DNA of 64,000 nt from Candidatus Kapaibacterium sp. (GTDB lineage: Bacteria > Bacteroidota > Ignavibacteria > Kapaibacteriales > UBA2268): NCBI GenBank assembly GCA_963665665.1, contig OY762428.1, forward strand, positions 224,001 through 288,000, read 5' to 3'. The notes under the pieces were generated by a model. It was not told where the DNA came from. It saw nothing but the letters and a program-made list of their open reading frames with translations, and did not search any database. This document shows, in pieces, positions 37,221-46,707 of the stretch. The translations under genes were made by a program, and so were the position numbers. Numbering within the stretch: the first letter of the stretch is position 1; every line of letters starts with the position of its first letter.

Positions 37221-38951
37221 TTATCCCCCGCAATTCAATGCACTGCGGTTTTTTGCAGCAAGCCTGTTTTTGGGATCTATGCTTAAAACTTTGCCATAAT
37301 ATCGGCATGCACTTTCCACATCACCGGCACCCTGAGAACCAACAGCCCTGTATAGCCATGCTGTCGGGCTCTTGGGTTCGAGGTCCGTCCATTGCTTGGC
37401 ATATTTTGATATGTCGCTCCATTTTTTCTGATCAAGTTTCATACCACAAATCTTCTGATATGCCTGGCGAACGTTGTTGATGTATTTAGCAGTATCTGCA
37501 ACACCAATTTCAATAGCTTTAAGGAATAGTTCCTCGGCAAGTTTGTTATCGCCCAGATTGGCATTTACATCAGCAAGATAAATATAAGCACCGAGATTGT
37601 TTGAATCCAATTTTAATGCTTCTTCGAAATCAAGTTTTGCCAGACTGTCCCAGCCAATCTTCGAGGAATCCCGCAATCCGCCGTACATGTGAGCCATTCC
37701 GCGATAATAATATATTGTAGGCACAAGGCTGTCCTGACATGCTTCAGTTGCAAGACGCCGGTTAAGAACGTAAACGGACTCCTCAAATTTCTTCAGCCCT
37801 ATGAACATCCTGCCAAGCTTATACATCAGCTCGCAATTGTTATCCGGATATGTATCCACTACTTCCTTGTATGTATCAAGGGCAAGTGTTGTATCATTAC
37901 TATTGAAAGCGGAACTGGCAAGCCTTTTCAGGTCAACTTCTTCAAGTTTTGTTTCAGCTTTAAGTTTTTGATAATAATCGATTGCCATCGGGTAATTTTT
38001 ATTTTCAAAATAGCAGCGTGCAAGGTAAAGCCTTGATTTAGTTTTTACCGAGTCAATATTTTCTGCTACGATTTCCAGGTACGGTGCAGCGGAGTCGCAT
38101 TTACCAACTTCATAAAGTGACTGGCCGAGGTACCATATACCAAGGTAACCTTCTGGCCTTAGCTGTGCATAAGTATAGAAAGACTCAGCAGCTTTGGCAA
38201 AGTTCTTGGAAAAGAACAAAATCTTACCCTGCTGGTAGAATGCCTTGGCATTTTTCGGATCTTCCTGGGTAACCCTGTTCCACTCTTTAAGAGACCTTGT
38301 GAAAAGTTCGTTAGCCAAATCGTCATCATATTCCCTGTTTGCAAGCCAGTAATATGAAGTAGCAAGCTTAATTCTTGCGCCGATAAGGCTTTCATCTTTG
38401 GCAAGAGCTTCTTCATATTTATCTTTGGCAAGTTCGTAAACTCTCTGTGAGAAATAAAGGTCGCCCAGAGCTATGTATGCATCAGGAATATCAGAATTTA
38501 TTTCAACTGCCCTTGTAATTTCAAGTTCGGCCTGTGAAATTGAATCTGCTGCAAGGTATGCATAAGCCAGTTCCAGATAATTATAAACATCGTCTTTATC
38601 TTCATCCTTGGCTTCCAGAAGAACTTCGAAAGCTTCTTTGTGTTTGCCAAGTTTTGAATATGATTTACCAATTTTTCTTAAAATATATGGTTCATCGCCT
38701 TCAATATCTTCAGCTTTTTTATATAGATCCAGAGCTTCTTCCCATTTTTCCAGTTCAGCGTAGATATCACCACATAGCATGATAAATTTTACGTCTTTTT
38801 TATTTTCCTGTACTGCCTGAGGTATAAGTTTGGCAGCTTCCACGTAATCTTTGTTTTCGGCCATAGCCTCTACCTGATCTGCCGTATCGGATGCAGACAG
38901 GGTTGAAATACAGAACATTAATACGAGTAATACAGATGATAATATCCTCAT
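37221..38951 (-). CDS. Exported tetratricopeptide repeat protein
   Basis: Signal peptide and many TPR units (AYIALGDLY, AFYQQGKIL, AYIYLADV). Confidence 0.88.
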   Translation of the reverse strand: MRILSSVLLVLMFCISTLSASDTADQVEAMAENKDYVEAAKLIPQAVQENKKDVKFIMLCGDIYAELEKWEEALDLYKKAEDIEGDEPYILRKIGKSYSKLGKHKEAFEVLLEAKDEDKDDVYNYLELAYAYLAADSISQAELEITRAVEINSDIPDAYIALGDLYFSQRVYELAKDKYEEALAKDESLIGARIKLATSYYWLANREYDDDLANELFTRSLKEWNRVTQEDPKNAKAFYQQGKILFFSKNFAKAAESFYTYAQLRPEGYLGIWYLGQSLYEVGKCDSAAPYLEIVAENIDSVKTKSRLYLARCYFENKNYPMAIDYYQKLKAETKLEEVDLKRLASSAFNSNDTTLALDTYKEVVDTYPDNNCELMYKLGRMFIGLKKFEESVYVLNRRLATEACQDSLVPTIYYYRGMAHMYGGLRDSSKIGWDSLAKLDFEEALKLDSNNLGAYIYLADVNANLGDNKLAEELFLKAIEIGVADTAKYINNVRQAYQKICGMKLDQKKWSDISKYAKQWTDLEPKSPTAWLYRAVGSQGAGDVESACRYYGKVLSIDPKNRLAAKNRSALNCGG

Positions 38952-38955
38952 TATT

Positions 38956-39909
38956 CTAATCCTCTTGAATTAATCTAAATTTAGCAAAAGCGGGAACAAT
39001 CCCTGATTCTTTAAAATAAACCTGTACTTTAGTTTCTTTGCCCAGATATGAAGCAAACCAATATGGGAGATTTTTTATCTCCTCGAGTAAATATGCACGA
39101 TATGTAACCATATACGGATATTTTTCCATTACGAAATATGCCTGGTGAACAGGTTTCGGGCTGATATATGCCCCTGTGCTATCCTGCCACCCAATCATCA
39201 GAGCTTTGAATTTCTTGCTGCTAACATCAGGATAAACCTGCCCGAGATAGCCGATGCCAAGAGCATTTTCTGTTTCATCAACAGATGCTTTAACAGCCTC
39301 CGGCCCGTCAGTGAAATTGATTTTCACCCTCGGTTTGGAATCCTTCAGAACAAGCTTTTCAAGATTAGCATATTCTGATGATTTAAAACTGTTCATAAAA
39401 ATTTCCGGTTCCGAGTCGAATTTTCCGGGGAAACATTTTCCGAATGTTGTTCTGCCAAGAAGAATATCCCTTATCTGACTATCATTGAGTGTATCAATAG
39501 GAAAATCATTTTTCACGAAGAATACCAACCCGTCTTTTGCAATATCAAAAAACAGGTGGGGCTTTACAGCGAACTCTTTCATAAGGGAATCTTCGTCGCG
39601 AAGATAGCCACGGGATGTTACTACAACTCTCTGATTCCCGGAAAACAACTGTTTCATTGATTCTCTTGAATCTGCAACAGATACTGTAAGGTCAACATCC
39701 TTGTATTGCTCCCTGTACCATTGAATTGGTTTTTCAAGTATGGGAAAAATACCGTCTTCCACGTAGCAGGAAAGCGTACCGGAATTAATGGATTCCCACC
39801 TTCCCTTGTCTGCCTGAACATCTCCATCGCCGCTGCCACACGAGCTAAGTAGTACACCTGCCCAGGCAATAAACAGCAATGAAATATAAATTTTTCTAAT
39901 CATCATCAT
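38956..39909 (-). CDS. PstS-like substrate-binding lipoprotein (PBP superfamily)
   Basis: Lipobox LLSSC; IAKDGLVF.V and ALGIGY motifs; position between TonB and TPR genes. Confidence 0.75.
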   Translation of the reverse strand: MMMIRKIYISLLFIAWAGVLLSSCGSGDGDVQADKGRWESINSGTLSCYVEDGIFPILEKPIQWYREQYKDVDLTVSVADSRESMKQLFSGNQRVVVTSRGYLRDEDSLMKEFAVKPHLFFDIAKDGLVFFVKNDFPIDTLNDSQIRDILLGRTTFGKCFPGKFDSEPEIFMNSFKSSEYANLEKLVLKDSKPRVKINFTDGPEAVKASVDETENALGIGYLGQVYPDVSSKKFKALMIGWQDSTGAYISPKPVHQAYFVMEKYPYMVTYRAYLLEEIKNLPYWFASYLGKETKVQVYFKESGIVPAFAKFRLIQED

Positions 39910-40108
39910 CTTGTCTCCTGTTTTTGTAACGATTCTTGGTTGACCTGTATATTATTATTCTGTACAGGCCAAACAGAATAAAAATCACCCCCATGACTTT
40001 CAAAAAATAATCGTCGTGACTCGGCGACGACAGCAACCCGCTGAGCAAAAATATACCCATCAGGATTATCAGGCCGCGGATTCCATAGTTGATGATATCG
40101 TTAATCAA
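39896..40108 (-). CDS. Small two-TM membrane protein
   Basis: Two hydrophobic helices, FGLYRI motif, overlaps the start of the next gene. Confidence 0.65.
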   Translation of the reverse strand: MINDIINYGIRGLIILMGIFLLSGLLSSPSHDDYFLKVMGVIFILFGLYRIIIYRSTKNRYKNRRQDDDD

Positions 40109-40172
40109 TTCAAATCACCGGAAAAGTTCAAAAATATTTTCAAATAGGAACTGATATTACTTTTATACTTTC

Positions 40173-40251
40173 GTCATTCTGAACACAGTGAAGAATCCAT
40201 TCTTTCTATCTGCCGTTTGTATTCTTCGGTGCTTCGCATCCTAAGAATGAC
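40173..40251. repeat. REP-like palindromic element, copy 3
   Basis: GTCATTCTGAACACAGTGAAGAATCC...ATTCTTCGGTGCTTCGCATCCTAAGAATGAC. Confidence 0.75.
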
Positions 40252-40302
40252 ATCAGATATTATTAAATCGGTCTTAATAAAAGCACATCAGTTTTCAAAG
40301 AG

Positions 40303-40391
40303 ACGGGGTGTCCCTTCTGATTAAGTCCTTTTTCTTGGTACGTTTTAATAAATACCGGGAGAAAAGACCCAAAAACTCAGAGACACCCCGT
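40303..40391 (-). other. Long imperfect stem-loop immediately after the tonB stop
   Basis: ACGGGGTGTC/GACACCCCGT outer stem, CTGA/TCAG, GTCCTTTTTCTTGGTA/TACCGGGAGAAAAGAC inner stem. Confidence 0.6.
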
Positions 40392-40396
40392 TGAAA

Positions 40397-41176
40397 TTAT
40401 CTAAGTGTGAAAGTAATCGGAATACTTACCCAGCAAGTAACGGGCTGGCCGTTCTGGATTGCCGGTGTAAAAGTTCCGTAGCTCTTAATTGCATTGATTG
40501 CAGCTTCGTTAAGAAGCTCGGAATCCGAGTACTCTACAAATGATTTCTTTGCTTTACCGTTTTTGCCTACAAGTACCCTTACGATAACTTTACCTTCGAT
40601 ACCAGCCCTGCGGGCCAGGTCGGGATACTCGATTTTCTGCTGTAGTTTAGCAAGGTCAACTCCTGGTTCTTTTTCAACCGGGATGAATTCATCCGGAGCG
40701 GGTTCTTCTTCCCTGACTTCAACTTTAACTTCTGTCTGGTCGAAATCAATATTGGAAGCAAAACCTCCAAGGTCAACACCATCGCCACCTTCTGCCGAAG
40801 CCCTGCCGAGTTCGTCCATTGCGGCGAATTCTTTCAGGTCTTCTTTCAGGTCAGCTTCAGGAACCGGAACCGGAGTACCGGCACGTGCAGCGGGGCCAGT
40901 GTTAATAACCTGCTGTGTTGGGGGCGGCGGAGCCGCTTCCTCAGTCATATCTTCCATGATGATATCTTCAAGTTTCATCTTGGCGATAGGTGCAAGTTTA
41001 ACCTTTTTCTTACTTTCATCAGAAACATTACTTAAAACTAAATAAGCAATTAAAAATAGTAAAAGCAGCCCCATAGTAATGAGGAATGCCCTGAGAGTAT
41101 GCTTTTTGATCCACTCTTTTAATTCTACTGCTCCGTAATCGGAACGTTTCAATTCAACTGTTGTGGTTGCAGCCAT
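40397..41176 (-). CDS. tonB: Energy transducer TonB
   Basis: YGAVEL N-terminus, TM, Pro-rich linker, YPDLARRAGIEGKV and PAIQNGQPV TonB C-domain. Confidence 0.92.
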   Translation of the reverse strand: MAATTTVELKRSDYGAVELKEWIKKHTLRAFLITMGLLLLFLIAYLVLSNVSDESKKKVKLAPIAKMKLEDIIMEDMTEEAAPPPPTQQVINTGPAARAGTPVPVPEADLKEDLKEFAAMDELGRASAEGGDGVDLGGFASNIDFDQTEVKVEVREEEPAPDEFIPVEKEPGVDLAKLQQKIEYPDLARRAGIEGKVIVRVLVGKNGKAKKSFVEYSDSELLNEAAINAIKSYGTFTPAIQNGQPVTCWVSIPITFTLR

Positions 41177-41766
41177 TATTCAGTTACCTCCTCTGCTCCG
41201 TCGGAGATAAGTTCCATATCCTCCTCCAAAAACGGAGCAATTGTAAATCTTCTCTTACGTTCTTCGATAGTTTCACCTTTATCATTTACCTGGCCAACAA
41301 CTTTTTCAGATATAAAAGCTTCGGCAAGGTTCAATTCATCCAGAATTTTAACAACTTCTGAATAAGGAACTTCATCGTGTATTTTAAGAGAAACAATTAC
41401 ATCATTAAATTTACCTGTTTCAATATGCTGACGTTCTATCAGGGCGCGAAGTTTTTTCATATCAACTTCTTCCGGCTGGTCCAAACCCATGTTCCAGAAG
41501 ATAGCTCCGTCATCCCTCACCCTCAGAGAAAGAAGGTCATTTTCATCAACTTCAACAGTTTCTTTAATTTCCGGAGGAATGGCCATTTCCATAATCTGTG
41601 GCTGTGCCATAGTAGTTGTAAACATAAAGAAAGTAAGCAGAAGGAATGTGATATCCACGAGTGGAGTCATATCCAAGTGGAAACCAACCCTTTTCATTTT
41701 CTTGCGTTTACTGGCTTTTCCGCGTTTAGAACGCTCTGCTCCTAATGCGCCTCCGCCACCTGCCAT
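41176..41766 (-). CDS. exbD: Biopolymer transporter ExbD
   Basis: DMTPLVDITFLLLTFFMFTT. Confidence 0.9.
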   Translation of the reverse strand: MAGGGGALGAERSKRGKASKRKKMKRVGFHLDMTPLVDITFLLLTFFMFTTTMAQPQIMEMAIPPEIKETVEVDENDLLSLRVRDDGAIFWNMGLDQPEEVDMKKLRALIERQHIETGKFNDVIVSLKIHDEVPYSEVVKILDELNLAEAFISEKVVGQVNDKGETIEERKRRFTIAPFLEEDMELISDGAEEVTE

Positions 41767-41803
41767 AATAATTCTCCTTTATAAATTTCAGGATTATAAA
41801 AAA

Positions 41804-42325
41804 TTACATCCCTTCTCTTTTCTGGGTTACGAGATTAAATACAGTCGCCCGGTTCTCACGCATAATATCCATGGTTTTGAACAACCACCAGTATCTTATG
41901 CGTTTATCAGCGTCAAGAGCAAATTTTACCTTCCCTTTCGTAACAGCGAGTGTATTTTTTACAAGCTGCCCTAATTGTTCGGGCCCCGCTACCGGCAACA
42001 AAGCCTGCTGCTGTTGTTCGGCGGTTAACGTGTTTGTCAATGCCCAGATTTTCTCTCGGTCTTCTTCATTAACGACTTCGTAATAATATACTGTGTCGGC
42101 TGTTGCTGAATCAATTGCCAGCCTTATGATAGCAATATCAGTTTCCGGAACCTTAGAAGTATCGGCTGACGCCTCGGGACGCTGTATCACAAATTTCTGC
42201 TCGCTCTCGGCTTCAGTTTTAAACTTGGCCGTGAACATAAAGAATGTGAGCAGGAGGAATGTGATGTCCACCAGCGGGGTCATGTCAATAACAAAACCGA
42301 CTCTTTTCTTTTTAACTTTTGGCAC
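41804..42325 (-). CDS. exbD: Biopolymer transporter ExbD
   Basis: DMTPLVDITFLLLTFFMFTAKF, DAD motif; GTG start with AGGAG. Confidence 0.9.
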   Translation of the reverse strand: MPKVKKKRVGFVIDMTPLVDITFLLLTFFMFTAKFKTEAESEQKFVIQRPEASADTSKVPETDIAIIRLAIDSATADTVYYYEVVNEEDREKIWALTNTLTAEQQQQALLPVAGPEQLGQLVKNTLAVTKGKVKFALDADKRIRYWWLFKTMDIMRENRATVFNLVTQKREGM

Positions 42326-42346
42326 GGATCAACTCCTTTTTAAAAA

Positions 42347-43126
42347 TTATTTTTTAATGCGAGTTGTAAATATCTGTGTTACGTTCAAAATAGCTTCATC
42401 AATCATATAAACGAAGTTATCAACTTTTGTTGTAAACAGGTTATAAGCAACAATAGCAATAATAGCAGCAAGAAGGCCGCCGGCTGTATTGTAGAGAGCT
42501 TCAGAGATACCGAGTGAAAGCTGAGTAGCTGATACTGTTCCGCTAAGAGCCAGAGCCTGGAAAGCACGGATCATACCGAGAGTTGTTCCAAGAAGGCCAA
42601 CCATAGTTGAAATGGAAGCAACAGTCGAAAGAATCACAAGGTTTTTCTCGAGAAGCGGAGTTTCAAGGTTCATTGATTCGTCAATGGCTCTTTGAACTTC
42701 TGAAATTTTCTTTTCAGCGCTGAATTCAGGATCGTTTTCCACTTCCTGGAATCTCTGGATTGCCGCACGCATAACGTTTGCAACAGAACCGCGTTGTTTA
42801 TCACATGATTCGAGAGCTGCGTTAAGGTCGCCGCTTGCAAGATGTCCGATAACATTTTTAATATAAGTTTCGGGATTACCTTTTCCGCGAGCTTTATTGA
42901 TTGAAAGAAATCTTTCAATGATAAAAGTTATGGCGATAAGTATAAGTGAAAGAAGAAGTCCCACAAGAATACCACCTGTATAAACAAGTCCGAGAATATT
43001 ACCCGGTTTTGGTTCATGTTTTGCTGCATCCAGGAAGTTATCCGGATTTCCCATTACTACGAAGTAGAAAACGTAAGCTACCACGAGGGCCAGCACTATC
43101 ACGATGATATTAAACATGTTTTTCAT
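42347..43126 (-). CDS. exbB: MotA/TolQ/ExbB proton channel
   Basis: STMVGLLGTTLGMIRAF, GISEALYNTA.G. Confidence 0.93.
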   Translation of the reverse strand: MKNMFNIIVIVLALVVAYVFYFVVMGNPDNFLDAAKHEPKPGNILGLVYTGGILVGLLLSLILIAITFIIERFLSINKARGKGNPETYIKNVIGHLASGDLNAALESCDKQRGSVANVMRAAIQRFQEVENDPEFSAEKKISEVQRAIDESMNLETPLLEKNLVILSTVASISTMVGLLGTTLGMIRAFQALALSGTVSATQLSLGISEALYNTAGGLLAAIIAIVAYNLFTTKVDNFVYMIDEAILNVTQIFTTRIKK

Positions 43127-43154
43127 AAAATTATCCCAACTCCATTTATTGAAA

Positions 43155-43499
43155 CTAATTACTTAATGTTTTAATTGCCTCTTCAAGTGAATCCGTAATA
43201 TTGAAAACCATCGTTAATTTTGTGATAACAAATATGTTCTCAATAGATTTACTAACATTGCAAAGCACGATTTTTCCGTCGCGTTTCGCGAATGATGCGT
43301 GCGATGAGATAAGTACTCCCAAAGCAGTTGAGTTAAGGTAGCTAACCTTTTCGAGGTTAATGATAAGGTTATTGGTTTTCTGGGCTGCAATTTCCTGCAG
43401 CTTCTGGCGAAGTTCATCTGTTTCTTCGCCGCCAATGAATTGTCCCTTTAGATGAAGGACCGTACCGCCAATTTGCTCTTCGATCTTCATTTGCGACAT
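43155..43499 (-). CDS. STAS domain anti-sigma factor antagonist
   Basis: INLEKVSYLNSTALGVL (phosphorylatable Ser region), IFVITKL; 114 aa. Confidence 0.88.
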   Translation of the reverse strand: MSQMKIEEQIGGTVLHLKGQFIGGEETDELRQKLQEIAAQKTNNLIINLEKVSYLNSTALGVLISSHASFAKRDGKIVLCNVSKSIENIFVITKLTMVFNITDSLEEAIKTLSN

Positions 43500-43766
43500 A
43501 ATAAATACCTCAAGAAATGTATAAAAAACATTTTATATTTTGCCAAAATCACAGATTCCTAAAATAATATATTTTTTATTAAAGTGAGGCAATTTTTTTA
43601 TGGCAATTGCATTATGATCTTAAAAACCATCTGAAACTGTCCTTTCCATGCTATTTGTTTAACTTTCTTTTTTTCCATACTTTTCGTTCGTACATCCTAT
43701 AAAAACAGACACATCAAATATGCGAATAGTTACAATGCAAATTCGCATTTTTAGATAAATTTTGTG

Positions 43767-44636
43767 TTAAGATTTTGTCAATTTTTTGTTAATACCAGAA
43801 ACAAATCTTTGCAATCCCGCGTAATCTTCTTTTATTTCAATACAATATGCATTTTCTTGAAACATTTTTTCAACTTCATTCATAACAGATGGGTCTGCTT
43901 CAAGAATAAAAAAACTATTTTCGCTTAACATATCTTTAAATATTTCCACAAATCTTTCATAAAATGCAGTACCGTTCTTAAAATCCGTGAGAGCATTTTC
44001 CGGTTCGAATTTTAAAACTTCCGGTTCAAGTGATTGGTATTGCATATACGGTATATATGGCGGATTTGATATTATCATATCAAATATGCCATTAATACTA
44101 TCATTTAGAATATCATGCCGAATAAAGTTAATTCTATCGGCATTGGTTAGTATTGCATTATTTCTGGCCTGATCAAGGGCATTATCAGAAACATCTGTTG
44201 CAATAATTTCTGCATTTTTCAAATTTTTTGCCAATGCGATTGAAATACATCCCGACCCTGTTCCGATTTCCAATATTTTGGGCTCCTCAAGGCCTTTTAC
44301 TTTCTCAAGAGCCATTTCAACCATTTGTTCTGTTTCCGGCCTTGGGATCAGCACACCCGGCTTAACGTTTATTCTATTGCCGTAAAACTCAGTCCATCCT
44401 GTAATATATTGTAGCGGTTCCCTTCGGGCGCGTCTTTTCACGGCATCCCGCAGCGGAGCAAGTTCTTTTTCTTTAAGAGGATAATCGAAATTGGAGTAAA
44501 TACTGATTCGGTCAATATTCAGAACGTGGCAAAGAAGAAGTTCAATATTCAAGCGGGGGGATTCTATGCCCTTTTCTGCAAAGAATCCCTTTCCCCAGTT
44601 AATTATATCTAATATTGTCCAGACTTTGGAAATCAA
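43767..44636 (-). CDS. prmC: Release factor glutamine methyltransferase
   Basis: EPLQYI, VLIPRPETE, EIGTGSGCI, SNPPY. Confidence 0.95.
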   Translation of the reverse strand: MISKVWTILDIINWGKGFFAEKGIESPRLNIELLLCHVLNIDRISIYSNFDYPLKEKELAPLRDAVKRRARREPLQYITGWTEFYGNRINVKPGVLIPRPETEQMVEMALEKVKGLEEPKILEIGTGSGCISIALAKNLKNAEIIATDVSDNALDQARNNAILTNADRINFIRHDILNDSINGIFDMIISNPPYIPYMQYQSLEPEVLKFEPENALTDFKNGTAFYERFVEIFKDMLSENSFFILEADPSVMNEVEKMFQENAYCIEIKEDYAGLQRFVSGINKKLTKS

Positions 44637-44665
44637 AATATCCGTCTAATCTTATAACACAAGAA

Positions 44666-45613
44666 TTATGCTGCTACTGCTTTTGCCTTTATTGTACTAT
44701 TTATCAGCGATAGCAGAGCCATTCTGATAAATACTCCGTGAGTAACCTGAGTTTGGATTAAAACGTTAGGGAATGTTGCCAGTTTGTAATCCAGTTCGAT
44801 ACCATAATTAACCGGCCCCGGGTGAAGAAGAACCAGTTCAGGCTTACTCTGGAAATGCTCGAAAGTAATTCCGAAATACTTTGAAAACTCCCTCATTGAA
44901 GGCAATAACCCGGATTCCATTCTTTCTCGCTGAAGCCTAAGAACCATAACAACATCCGACCATTCAACAGCTTCATCAATGTTGTTAATTATCTTCACAT
45001 CCCAGTTTGCAAGATTTCTTGGCAGCAATGTTCCGGGAGAGCAAAGTGCTACTTCGGCTCCAAGAGTTTTAAGTGTAGTGATATTTGACCTTGCCACGCG
45101 GCTATGCAGAATATCACCAACAATAGTAATCTTCAGTCCTTCAAATTTGCCGAAATGTTTGTATAGCGTAAAAGTGTCAAGCAGAGCCTGAGTTGGGTGC
45201 TCGTGTTTTCCGTCACCCGCATTTACGATAGAACCGCTGGTGTTCTGCTGAAGAAACAGGGGTACACCCGAGCATGCATGCCTTACCACATACATCTGAA
45301 CTCCCATAGCTTCGATAGTTCGGAGAGTATCTATCAAAGATTCTCCTTTAGCCAGACTGCTGGTTTTTGCCTGAAAAGACAGTGTATCAGCAGAAAGCCT
45401 TTTGGCTGCAAGATCAAAAGAAAGTTTTGTCCTCGTGGAATTTTCGAAAAATGCCATAGCAACAGTAACGCCTTTCAGGTCGTCGAACTTAACGCCCGGT
45501 TTGTAATTATCAAGAAAGAACTGTGCTCTGTCAAAAATTTTATAAATGTCCTCGTGGGTCAGGTCGTCAGCTTGCAGCAGATAGGGGTGTGAAATTGTAA
45601 TGTCTGAATTCAT
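44666..45613 (-). CDS. pyrB: Aspartate carbamoyltransferase catalytic subunit
   Basis: FENSTRT, NAGDG.HEHPTQALLD, GDILHSRVARS, LRLQRER, HPGP. Confidence 0.96.
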   Translation of the reverse strand: MNSDITISHPYLLQADDLTHEDIYKIFDRAQFFLDNYKPGVKFDDLKGVTVAMAFFENSTRTKLSFDLAAKRLSADTLSFQAKTSSLAKGESLIDTLRTIEAMGVQMYVVRHACSGVPLFLQQNTSGSIVNAGDGKHEHPTQALLDTFTLYKHFGKFEGLKITIVGDILHSRVARSNITTLKTLGAEVALCSPGTLLPRNLANWDVKIINNIDEAVEWSDVVMVLRLQRERMESGLLPSMREFSKYFGITFEHFQSKPELVLLHPGPVNYGIELDYKLATFPNVLIQTQVTHGVFIRMALLSLINSTIKAKAVAA

Positions 45614-45659
45614 CGCCTGTATATACCAAAATCCTTACAACAAAATTTTACAAATTTAC

Positions 45660-45691
45660 AAAAAAAAAGCCGCTCATACGAACGGCTTTTT
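45660..45691 (-). terminator. Intrinsic terminator after hup
   Basis: AAAAAGCCG-CTCATACGAA-CGGCTTTTT. Confidence 0.7.
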
Positions 45692-45705
45692 CTCATCATC
45701 AAAAA

Positions 45706-46023
45706 TTATTTTTTCTTAGCTTTCTTCTTTGTTTTCTTTGGCGGAGTAGCTACTGATTCAGCCAAAGCTTTGCCCGGCTTGAATTTTGCAACGTTTTTCG
45801 CCGCTATGTCAATTGTTTTTCCTGTGCGTGGGTTTTTACCTTTCCTGGCAGCTCTTTCAAAAACTGAAAAAGTTCCAAATCCGATGAGAGTAACGCTTCC
45901 GCCGCCTTTGAGTTCGTCAGAGATGGCAGTAAATGTAGCTTTGACAGCCTTTTCGGCCTGTACTTTAGTAAGTCCGGTTTCTCCGGCAATTGTGTTGATA
46001 AGTTGAGTTTTGTTTAAACTCAT
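45706..46023 (-). CDS. hup: DNA-binding protein HU with Lys-rich tail
   Basis: LIGFGTF, RAARKGKNPRTG, FKPGK; tail TPPKKTKKKAKKK. Confidence 0.95.
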   Translation of the reverse strand: MSLNKTQLINTIAGETGLTKVQAEKAVKATFTAISDELKGGGSVTLIGFGTFSVFERAARKGKNPRTGKTIDIAAKNVAKFKPGKALAESVATPPKKTKKKAKKK

Positions 46024-46194
46024 AGAACCCCCTAAGAGTTTGATAAGAATAAAGAAAAGAAATATTCTCTTACAAAATATGAGAATTATTCAAGGTTTGC
46101 AAGTATTTTTTTATAAAAATCAAGATTTAGCGGGGTTTTTCAGGTTTTTTTTAACTTTTTTTAATAAAAAAGGGAAATTTATGGTCAAAAAAGC

Positions 46195-46701
46195 TTATTC
46201 GGCTTGAAACCACAGAGCTACATAAGGAAAAATCTTATAAGCAGAGTAAAATATATGAAGGCATAGCCAGGCAAGAATTCCTGCAATCACATCATCAAGC
46301 ATTACAAAAAATGCTCCTTTTTTATCATTGATGCGATTTATCGGAAATGGCTTCATTATATCAAACAGCCGGAACAAAGCAAAGGCTGTTATTACCCATA
46401 TCAGATTCAAATCAACCCATGGAGTGCAAATTGTTATCCACATACCAACCACTTCGTCGATGATAACCGATGAAGGATCATCGCCTAATTTTGATTCCAT
46501 TATTTTAATGAAAGGAAGAGAGATCAAACCGACAACAACAATTAATAACAGCAATACAGACATATAATAAAATGGACTGATAAAAAGAACCGGCAGAGCG
46601 GCTATACTGCCATAAGTACCCGGAGCACCTTTTATCCGCCCTATACCGAACAGAGTAGTAAAATTGAAAGCAACGTTATATTTGAATTTCTCCAAAATCA
46701 A
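46195..46701 (-). CDS. pgpA: Phosphatidylglycerophosphatase A
   Basis: APGTYGS, DPSSVIIDEVVG, LFRLFDIMKP.PI, MLDDVIAG. Confidence 0.93.
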   Translation of the reverse strand: MILEKFKYNVAFNFTTLFGIGRIKGAPGTYGSIAALPVLFISPFYYMSVLLLLIVVVGLISLPFIKIMESKLGDDPSSVIIDEVVGMWITICTPWVDLNLIWVITAFALFRLFDIMKPFPINRINDKKGAFFVMLDDVIAGILAWLCLHIFYSAYKIFPYVALWFQAE

Positions 46702-46707
46702 GCCCGC

